Source: Catajapyx aquilonaris (taxonomy: Eukaryota). Taken from it: a DNA stretch of 20,000 bases. The translations under genes were made by a program, and so were the position numbers. The notes beneath the pieces are model-generated. The model was given only the letters and a program-made list of their open reading frames with translations, was not told the DNA's origin and did not search any database. Where the stretch lies: positions 50,159 to 70,158 of the forward strand of contig KZ538439.1 in NCBI GenBank assembly GCA_000934665.2, in the 5' to 3' direction. Of the stretch, positions 1-9,545 are shown piece after piece; within the stretch, counting starts at the first letter, position 1, and each line of letters opens with the position of its first letter.

Positions 1-1334
1 AGCCCGCTTGTTAAAAATTAAGGTGTAAATGGAGAGTTTTTTTTTATATATCCAGCTTTGCGAAGGATTCCTGGCCCCTATCCCATTTCTTTCCATTTCT
101 TCCCCCTTCCTCTCTCCCTTGCTTCAACTTTCCTTCGCTAGTTGGTAAACTTTTTCTCGCTTGGGATATTAAGACATTTCTGATTATGTACTCCAGTTGC
201 GAGCGGAAGTAGACCTTCCACATTTTGCTCTCGAAAAGGGGAAAAAGAAACTTTTTTTTTCAGGCAATCAAAAGAATCGAGGGAATGGGAAATGTGTCAT
301 TTATGCCAGTTTTCTTGGATCAACATGGACAAACGGTTCTCTCTTCGTTGAAAACTACTATGCAAAAATGGCTCAAGTTATTCGACAGTCTTCTGCCCTG
401 ATTCACTCATTCAGAATACAGGAGGGTGGAAACAAAACCGCACAAAAGACTCGTTATCTAGCTGAAAATGCTAGTCTGGGAACGACCTAGACAGTTGCAT
501 ATTAAATATTTCCTGGGTGCCATCGTAGCCTCATTATGAGCAATCAGGGCTATAAACAGTGGCCAAATTATTGATTCTAGATTCTAAATTAAGGACTAAT
601 GTGTTCTTGTGCACTTTGCAAAATAATGCTTGAATCTGGATGAAAGTACCTGCGTTTTTGGTCACTAAAATGTTTTCTAATATTATGCAGACTTAAAATG
701 ACGATTTTTTTTGGCTTCCGTGGACTACACCATTTAAAGGCCCTTCCCCCCTTGCGCCTAATTTCCCCAAGGGTCACATTCAGCGTCCCGCTTTTTTTCC
801 TTCCCTTATTTTTTTGGGAGAGGCTACACCACATCGTTCCACTTTCCCAAAATTTCGAGCCAATAAAGTAGGAAAATTGCATAACCAGTGACACGCCAAG
901 CCACTTTCTTTTTCACCTCTTATATAACGATGAGTAGGTATGCGCCATATTAATGAATCCTGTAATTTGCAGGAGGCAAAAATGCCAGAAAGACATGCTA
1001 GCCATATGCAAAATTCATCATTGCTGACGTGGAGTAGAACCATTATAATGCAGGGTGTGTTGTAATGATTTTGATCAACTTTTAGAGTTGTTGGCACCCG
1101 GTGATAATTTTATATGAGTGTCATACAATTTCCTATTGCACTGGATATTACTACATTTAATGAGCTCAGAGTTTTAGTTGCTATTGCATTGTAATATTTT
1201 CAGTTTAAATTTAAAGGGCATGCAATATGAGGCACACATGCTAGAATTACCATGTGTTTTTGAAACTCATTATCTCAATAACGAGGCTAATCATTACAAG
1301 CAAACTGCTCCTCTAGTGCCCAGAAACCCTTAGA

Positions 1335-1350
1335 AGTTTGACACCCCCTG
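1335..1350 (-). mobile_element. Possible orphan hAT-type terminal repeat
   Basis: The minus strand reads CAGGGGGTGTCAAACT, close to the CAGGGGTGTCAAAC terminus common in animal hAT non-autonomous elements. No partner end or target duplication found in the window. Confidence 0.3.
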
Positions 1351-1479
1351 TAGAAGGGCAATAAAAACTTTCAAAACTTGCAAGAAAAGCAGCATCTGTC
1401 TTATTATTTTGCCCAAAAAAACTCTAATTAATTAGCAACATTTCCAGAAACGCCAACCGTGTCAGAATCCCCTAAAAAT

Positions 1480-2064
1480 TAGTGCGTAATAATCCGGATT
1501 GGCAGCAATTTCCTCGACTAATTGGCGAGCACTCCTAAGATTTATTTCCGCGTGTTGATTTGACAAACGAAGGCGGACCCAAATCAATCCCCTTTCAATC
1601 AGCAGCAACGCCAGCAGCGACGTGGAGTGGCTGAAAAGGTCATTAACTGGAAGGAGGAAGCTGGGATGATGATGTATCTCGGCATCCAAGTGACACGTGC
1701 CTTTTTAGAGGGCACAGAGAGACTTCTGCCCCGCGATTAATTTCCCTTTCGCGCCCCCTACCATCCATCCTGATGAATGGGGCCCAAGATGTTGCTTCAT
1801 GCTTTTTGCTCCAAGCTGGAATTAATCACTCGGCTTGGCTGGATGAGGGCGCTGCTAACCTGGGTAGCCATTTTGTGCATGGGGCCCGCCATATTTCATG
1901 TGGTTGTGTAGTTTTTCCACCTAGTTGAGTGGTGGATTTTGGTGGGAACAAGTGAGAATGGTGTAGTTGAGTTGGGGCGCGCGAGTCAAGGCGGAATGGT
2001 GGCGAAAAGGGCGTGTAACGATCCGAGGCGGCTACTTACAGATTATCTCACTCCTCATCAATCA
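1480..2064. promoter_or_regulatory. Enhancer-like cluster of homeodomain, Pbx/Meis and nuclear-receptor motifs
   Basis: TAATCC 1490, CTAATTG 1518, TGATTTGACA 1556-1565, AAATCAAT 1581, AAAGGTCA 1635-1642, CACGTG 1694, TGATGAAT 1771, TGATTGAT (minus) 2057-2064. Motif matches only; no conservation data. Confidence 0.3.
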
Positions 2065-2896
2065 CCATCAAGTTAACAGCCGACACTAAACACATGGAGC
2101 AGCTTGCAACTTGCGCCACAGAAAGCGAGAGAGAGAGCCAACCAACTTTCTCTCTCGTTCAAACTCTAGGTTTTTTCTCTCTCTCCATATATCCTCAGCT
2201 TTACTTAACTCGCGCACGCTTGATTGCCATTTCATCCATTCCACTCCACTTCAAAATTTTCTGACATCCCAATTTCTCTCCATTATCGTGTTGAAAAATT
2301 TCTTCCTGTTTCACTGAATGCCCGCGTTTTACTCGGCGCCATTTCTGGCGTCGGTATCACGCTAGTCAACTGGAAATGTTCATTCCTGTTCTGAAGATGA
2401 GTTCTATTAGTATAGGAAGGAACAACCGCCACAGAAACATTTTTTTCCCCTGAAAATTTTGGCTATACGACCAAAAAAGATGAGCATGCAAAATTGCGTC
2501 GCATAGGAATGGTGCAGTGGCTCGGAAGGAACAACAGTAATGAAAAGGCGCAAATGACCTTTGATTAAAGCCGAGTTGGAAAGGGGGGTGGGAGGAGGGG
2601 TGAATGGGAGGGAGAGGGAAGAAGTCACGAAGCTACGCACATGCATAAAACATGCAGAGAACAGCAACAACGACACGCACTTTTCTTGGCCTCTGCCCCT
2701 TTGCGTGCAACCCACCGTTTTTTAAGTTACAAAACGACTGAATGTACGTGCGTGCGTTTGTTCAGATCGTTAAGCAAGTGCTCTACGCTTGGCTTAAGAC
2801 ACACATTTTCTTTGCGCGCCCTTCCTCCTCCCCACCCTGAAAAAAAAAGAAGTAAAGCTGCAATCCAACAACTGCACCGAGACCACCAAGGCCCCC

Positions 2897-2910
2897 GTTG
2901 CCATAGCAAT
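2897..2910. promoter_or_regulatory. RFX X-box
   Basis: GTTGCCATAGCAAT, a 13/14 match to the palindromic X-box GTTGCCATRGCAAC. Confidence 0.55.
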
Positions 2911-3642
2911 CGACCCAACCTTCCCTTGACTTATGGTGTCCCATAGACTTTTATTCACTTCCACAAGAGCCGGCCAGCAAGGGGCCCATGATGTACACCC
3001 TATAGCCACGTGTTACTACCTATTTTTACTGGGGAACAGCTAACAGCTCCATAATGGGCCGATGAAAACAAGTGACGCAGTCTAGAGAAGAGAGCAGGCC
3101 TTTGTTTCTAGAGGGGAATATGCGCGTTTTGCTGGTAAACATTACGTTACTAAATTACGTTACATGAGGCATTTTAGAGAGTGACATCAGAATACCAATC
3201 ATGTACCAGATTCTCAATTATGGGTTGTTTCAGGCAAATCATCACCTCCATTACCTTATTGCATACTGTATGCCTGATGTTACAGTGGTGGAAATTAATG
3301 GAGAAGCACAAGTATTGCTGTCTGTCCTTTACATGAAGCTACTTCATGTAAAGGAAAAATTCCGCCAGACTATACGTACTCTAATAAAGATTAAATACAT
3401 AAAAATAACAAATTAAAAATGAATTCATAAATAGAATATTTCTCAATCATTCCTCTGAAGTAAATAAAGTCACACCCACGGGTTTTCTGGTGAATAATAG
3501 ATGCAATTAGAAGTTCAGGTGCGCATTTTGTAGCCTTCCCTCAATAACTCCGCATAATTAATTATTTGCCATGAATGTACACTGTGGCTACCATAATTTA
3601 TAAATGAGAGAGGAGATTGCAATATACGTTAATAAACCTTAC

Positions 3643-3653
3643 CTTAGTGACTG
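3643..3653 (-). other. Candidate 11-nt microexon
   Basis: Minus strand: ttttatgtttttcag|CAGTCACTAAG|gtaagg, a strong acceptor and a strong donor 11 nt apart. Confidence 0.35.
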
Positions 3654-4608
3654 CTGAAAAACATAAAATGACAATGGCCCTGCCTCAGTTCGGCAAACAT
3701 ACATTCAAATTATGGCATTTCCCACATTATATCGTTCTCTGCCAGATGTTAAATTTTTAAACACTGAAAAGGCTCTAGGTTCGAACCCCTCCGAGCCATA
3801 TAGAAGAGACGGTGGTGAAAATCGAAGTAGCAAGGTTCACTACCTAAATTAATAAATGAAGTAGTTGGCGCCAACCATCTGCATGAAGGAAGGAGCTTGG
3901 GGAGTTCCGTTGCCACACCCGAAACACAGCAGAGGTTGTCAGAGGTCGAGGGAGGTAAAAGGGGTAAGGAGAGAAGGGGGTGGGGCACCTTGTTGCCGGA
4001 TTAATCCCATCAGGGCGCCAGGAACTTATAAGAAAAAGGTACAAAGAGGCCTCTCTTGCTGGAAGACAAGGTTTTGGCTCCAGGGGTAAGAAGAGGCTCA
4101 TCTAATAGGCCGCTTTTATATGCTTATTGGGTCAGCAGTTTACGAGCGACATTTCCCAGGGATGGATATTGCCGCAGCTGAGCCTTATAGTCTAATCGGG
4201 ACACAAAGCCAACCGACACTCGGATTAGTGCCACGTTTTACTGCAGATATGCAGGAGGGAGGAGGGAGCTCCTTTTTTGTATCCTGCTACATGGTATTTT
4301 TATCTTAGAACTAAAATTCGCTATCGTGATAAATTGCCGTGCGTTTAGGAGTAACGTTCATGGCTTGATGCGTTTATTTTTTAGCTATGCTCGCATCAGA
4401 GGTTTGAACAAACAACAAGTTGCGTTATTATGCAAAAAAAGGCGGTTGGGGAAAGCTAAAAGGGGGACTCGAGGGACTCGTGGAAAAATATTAATTATGA
4501 ACAATTTTGCCCCATAAAGCGTTGGAAATATTCCTGGTTAAATGGGGGTACAGTGTACTATTTGCTATGTTTACGTAATACTTGCATGTAAAACAAAAAC
4601 ATTACTAG

Positions 4609-4735
4609 GGGCCGGTTTCACCGAGCTCAGTATATGATAAAACCAGGGTTCTTTCTCAAAATCCCTATCTATTTGTATGGGATTTTCCTAAAGAAACCTG
4701 GTTTTATCATATACCAAGCTCGGTGAAACCGGCCC
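4609..4735. mobile_element. Near-palindromic MITE, PIF/Harbinger (Tourist-like)
   Basis: The left arm GGGCCGGTTTCACCGAGCTCAGTATATGATAAAACCAGGGTTCTTT (4609-4654) matches the reverse complement of 4690-4735 at 43/46 positions. An inner AAAATCCC/GGGATTTT pair extends the palindrome. Termini are GGGCC...GGCCC, flanked by TAG (4606-4608) and TAA (4736-4738), one mismatch from the 3-bp TAA/TTA target duplication of Harbinger. No ORF. Confidence 0.88.
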
Positions 4736-5084
4736 TAAAGAGGAAGAGTACGAGCTAAACGAAAGGCCAGTATTTCCCCATACTACAATTTCGTTTCATC
4801 CAAGTTACCAATGCAGGAATAATTTTGTGCAAATCCTTTCGCATTTGAATTCGTTGTCAAGGATTTACACTGCTGTGCTGTGTCAGTGCAAAATAGAAGC
4901 TCCACAATTATGTTTTTCACCACTCAATTTTGTCACTTGCTCGTGACAGTTCACACCACAACGTCATGGCAAATATAAAAATCTGCTGACTATACCTTAC
5001 ACGGGTCACAGTTTTATTTCGCTCAGTATAATCAACCTGATAAATTATAACAATTCCGATTCAGGATTTGATTAGCATTTGATC

Positions 5085-5117
5085 GTGAATGTGAATAACG
5101 TGAATGTGAATGTAAAT
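5085..5117. repeat. Short degenerate (GTGAAT)n repeat
   Basis: CGTGAATGTGAATAACGTGAATGTGAATGTAAA. Confidence 0.7.
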
Positions 5118-5521
5118 GATGGAATAAAGAATGGTTGATGAGTACAGGGCCTGTCTAGGCTGATCACCTAAAACCTCTCGACAGTATAATCAACCCGTGA
5201 AATGTGATTATCAGTATGTACGTTTGTCACATGTGGGAAGCCGGATAGAGCCTCTTTAATTGATTAAAAAATAATTTAGTAATGTATCAGGTGTTCATTG
5301 ACTTCAAGAATGGTGCTAATGAAATAATAGAGGCTGAGTCAGTGTATATGGCACTTGCTCTATTCTTGCTTTCAAATATTCGCCAAATATTGGTATTCAG
5401 TAGAGTACATCACAATAACTTGGTTTTCGATAAATAGCTCTTGAATCTGTCACTGTGGTGTTCAGACGGGTGTCCAAAGAGTAACCTGTCCCGCACAGGT
5501 CATCATAATGAGCCCTCAGTG

Positions 5522-5580
5522 CCAATTCATACCAATATCAATACCAATTCATACCAATATCAATACCAATTCATGCCAAT
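5522..5580. repeat. 22-bp tandem repeat, about 2.7 copies
   Basis: CCAATTCATACCAATATCAATA at 5522-5543 and 5544-5565 (identical), plus partial CCAATTCATGCCAAT at 5566-5580. Confidence 0.95.
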
Positions 5581-7196
5581 CGTTTGAATTCAAACACTGT
5601 TGCCATCAGGCGCATCAGGCGTATTTCACAGCTCTAAATGAGTGTTGCACAGATTTCTGATAACAGTGACATGATGTTAAAAAGTGAAGGACAGATCTGG
5701 TAGAATTTAAATACCTTGTTCAGCCCCGTACGACGCAATTTTTTTTTGTTATAATTCACTTTTCAAAATGAGCTTGTGCAACCTGGAAAGGAGATCTATC
5801 TCTCTGAGCACAGTTTGTATTGCAGGAGTCTTCTTACTGAGCAAACAAGCAAGCAAACAAGATATCACAAAGTGTACAATGTCAATAATTCATAAACCTC
5901 CTTCGCGACTGACAAGTTTTCCTGAAATGTCTTCTCTGCTATACTGTTGGCCCACAAAATCCAGGATTCAACACAACAACCTGGGAACAAGAAACTTACA
6001 GAAATGAAAGACCTTTGGGAAAGACTACGCATACATATACTATAAATTAGTCAACTAGGACAGTATAGAGTATGAGTATTTGCAAAAACTAATAAAGAAA
6101 TAGATCGAGGAAAGCTAATAATTACAAGCAAATTACAAAGGTACGGTATAGGTAATATCACAGTTGCACCTATTTTTTACTTGTTTTGTTCTCAGACAAA
6201 TTATTTATTCTGGATTTATTCCTATCAATTTGCGCTACTTTTTAGCTTAAATGCTGCATGACCTTGAGCATTTTCTCTTTATACCTTATGTGATGAATTT
6301 ATGTTTGCTCTGCAATTTCCGGTAAAGTTGAACAACCAGGAGGGAGTAAATACTCTTTGCTTACACTGCATGTATAGCTTATGATATGATCATGTCGTAC
6401 TATTTGACTTTTGCATAACTTGGTCAATTTTTGATCTCCATAGCATATAAGCTTGTGTGTGCGAACACGAGGTACGAACAAAAGTGTGTCAGCACAAAAA
6501 GGCACAGAAAGTTTTACCCAAACCGTGATTGAGCTATAATAAACCAAGATCACTAGAGAATTGAATATGGATAACGCTCTTCATGTATTACTCCTCCATT
6601 ATTTTGGAGTGTGTAAACATTCCCAAGAGAAATAACTGTAATTAATGGTGGGTGGAAAAGGACTGGAGCTCATTTCGGCTGATCGAGTGCTGCTAGCGAA
6701 AAAAAAATCTAGCCTTAAATATTTACACCTACTATGCTTGGCTTGTAGCGTATGACTATCATATCATAATTATGTCGTTGTATGAATTATCATACTATGG
6801 TGGGAAAATACTGCATGCATAATACTAACCTGTGTACGGCTTTAAATTACGGTTAATAACATTGCAAAGAGAACTGTAACGTTTCTAAATTTTGATTTGC
6901 CTCATGTGGGAATAAACTCTGCTGGTTTAATATTATGATCCGTGGTTGCTCTGATTATTCCCGAGGGAAGAGGGAGTGAGCGGGAGATAGGAGAGTAATT
7001 TTTTTTTGCGTGGTCACCTCATGAACAATAAACATTATCACACCTCATACCCTACTCCATAGGCAACAACTGCGCATTAACGGGCTGTTCTGCAGCCTGC
7101 AGGAAAGTGCCTATATGGCCGTCTACCTACTGGTATGGATAGTCCCACGACATTTCTGACACCTACATTTTTGACTTTTTGTTCCGCCAACTGCAG

Positions 7197-7525
7197 CAAG
7201 CCCCGATTTACGTAAGTGCATCGTTCCTCAAATTATTTACGTCGAATTTTACGTATCTCGGAATGCCAAATGTTTTTAAACACAGTATTCAGAATCCGGT
7301 CACAAAATAATGTATGTCACATGTAAACTGAGGGAGGGAATTTGTCTTGGCGGGTAGATCCGAGTTGCCCACGAAGCGAAATTTAACGCGTTTTCTGGCA
7401 ATTTGTGAGTTTTTACGTTACCAGTTTTCCCTGCAGATTGAGGATATTTTGTGCACATGTTGGAACTTTTAAACGTAGCCTAGGTCAGAACCTACGTATG
7501 TCAGAACTACGTAAATCGGGGACTG
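7197..7525. mobile_element. MITE / non-autonomous DNA transposon with terminal inverted repeats, possibly hAT-derived
   Basis: Perfect 14-bp inverted repeat CCCCGATTTACGTA (7201-7214) / TACGTAAATCGGGG (7508-7521). The right end reads CAGTCCCCG on the minus strand; the left reads CAAGCCCCG. Subterminal (T)ACGT(A) motifs are repeated at both ends, including TCAGAAC(C)TACGTA twice. Flanks ACTGCAGC / TCTGCATT are at best a decayed target duplication, so the exact ends and superfamily are uncertain. Confidence 0.75.
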
Positions 7526-8995
7526 TCTGCATTTCACTGTCCGCTGGATGTCCCTCTAGTAAAAAAATACCCCGCATAAATCTTGTCACAAAATAATCAC
7601 TTTACCCTCATGGCCTCATTGTACATTCTTTCAGGTATATCGAGGTATGTTATGTACTGTAGTCTCCAGTACGTGGCAGTGGAGAGCGTGCACGACTAAA
7701 ACAAGCAATCCATCACTCTATCCGGTCCTACTGTTGGTGTTAACTTATAGGTGACTTTTATTCTATTCAGTATACAGAGAGTTACGACTGGTTGTCTGTT
7801 AGTTGGAGAAACGAGGTCATAATATTGAAACTGGAATGTAAATTAACATAGAAAAGTGACTGTCCGGAGCCACTTTTGGTACTTTATACGTTTATGGTTC
7901 CTGATCTGCTAGCCATTTCTCCTCATTTTTTTTTGCTACCTGGCAGCAATCATTCCGTGTACGATAGCAGTTACCTCGTATAGCAGCAGAAGCTAGTCAG
8001 TGGGTTGTGTGAAGGCAGATTGGAGTAGGCTATAGTACAGTACAGAACCGGAGGGAAGGCTGCGTGGGAGGACTATTGTTCTTCATATAGGCCCCACCCC
8101 ACAAAGCCTTGGTTGACGGTTCAAGTTACTTATTTAACGTGATTGCAACAACTCATCAAATTACTGAACTGTCTGAACCCAGACTACAGGCATATACAGT
8201 ATTACAAGATATGCGCCATACTTGTACTGCATCATGACCATCCTGTCTTGTTCAAAAGCATTACTCGATGTGGAATGCCAAATGCTGCAACTGTCCAAAA
8301 AGACAACATCATCCACTTCAGTTGATAATTTGGAGTACTTTGATGCCACAAACAACATCTGAAAATAAACATATCTGAACCTAGGAAATCGAAAAGTCCA
8401 TATGCTAAATCTTCACCAAACGCAGAAACCGCCCTTTTTTGACCATTTCCACATTCCAATTACGCAGCAGGCTTCAGTCCTTGATCTATTTACCGCTCTA
8501 CTCGCCCAGCTCTGCAAGCTTCATACTGCCCAACTCTATAATCTCGCCACACAAAAATTCTATAAAAAATCAAAAACAACCACAGAGCTATAGGAAGTAA
8601 CTGCGTGAACCTCGTTGTCAGTCGCCAGGAGGCAGTACAATAATGAATATCTAGCAAGGAAGCTCTACCTGTACAGTATACATTACATGACCGAGCATTA
8701 TGAGTTCTGTCAGAGTGGGAGAAATGGCATCGCAACACGTACGCGTGCCTATACGTGGCTGCCAGGACAGGTGAGCCAACCTTTACCTGGGTTTGCAGGC
8801 CAAGGCAAGTCTCCTTCCGCAGTGCATGCGTGCGTGATGCTGGGCGTCACATTACGGATTAATTACAACCACATTCACACGTAGCTGCTGCAATCCGCAC
8901 CGCACCTATACTGCCGCGCCTAATTGCCCACCTCTTCTTTCACCTGCTGCCGACCATTATTCAGTCCCCGGACCATCCTTTCTCATTAACAGCAT

Positions 8996-9545
8996 CCAAT
9001 CTACCCGCTATTGGCGTGCAGTCCAATTGGCAACCTAGCTCATAGTCTCTAACTCAAACTGTGACTCCACCCTACTTTTATCGATACTCTATACGCATTG
9101 TTTACGCACTATACCGAAAGTTTGCTTTACATGTGGTACAGCATGTCAAGTGCAGGAAAAACCGGATTTTGGTCCTTGTAAATCCCTGATATGAACACTG
9201 ACCGCAAGTTGGTCAGAAAATGCATTATGCAGTGCTTTCATTGTTTGGTCGTGTGTCGGAGCAACGAAGCAAAAAGCCCGTCTCCTTGTCCATCAGTCGA
9301 AATGGCGGTCGACTAACGCACGAAACGGCGGACCCGCACACTCTCCGACCGGAAATGAAGACCTCAGACCGCCGCACTTTATACCTTTCTTTCGGCCAAA
9401 AACCTGCATTTTTTAGGCTCCACCGGGACCATAAAGCCCAAATTTGTGGTGGCAGCCCGCGCACTTTCCTAACTCCTGCTCCTAGCTTCTTTGCTACACA
9501 CACACACACATACTATCGGACCTCGAAAAGCAATCAAGTGTAAGT
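8996..9545 (+). promoter_or_regulatory. Putative housekeeping-type promoter and first exon ending at a GTAAGT donor
   Basis: CCAAT motifs at 8996-9000, 9010-9014 (reverse) and 9023-9030 (palindromic). YY1-like AAATGGCGG at 9300-9308 and ETS-like ACCGGAAATG at 9348-9357. Locally CpG-rich. Consensus donor GTAAGT at 9540-9545. Confidence 0.45.
9496..9510. repeat. (AC)n microsatellite
   Basis: ACACACACACACACA. Confidence 0.9.

Noticed and set aside
453..464. GTTATCTAGCTG, matching the middle of miR-9
   Set aside because: The seed (CTTTGG) is absent and no precursor hairpin is evident.
3771..3798. tRNA T-arm/B-box-like GGTTCGAACCC followed by GAGCCA
   Set aside because: No A-box, D-arm or matching acceptor stem upstream. 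At most a decayed SINE fragment.
5522..5580. Repeat array considered as CRISPR
   Set aside because: Contiguous tandem units without unique spacers, no cas genes, eukaryotic context.
7354..7363. GTAGATCCGA, resembling the miR-10/miR-100 core
   Set aside because: The seed is absent and the match lies inside a MITE.
7832..7842. TGGAATGTAAA, matching the 5' half of miR-1
   Set aside because: The 3' half diverges and there is no complementary arm.
8161..8358. Minus-strand ORF beginning directly after a good acceptor
   Set aside because: No convincing donor and no recognisable protein.
9220..9543. 107-aa ORF with an overlapping antisense ORF
   Set aside because: Explained by local GC richness, includes a translated (AC)n microsatellite, no family similarity.
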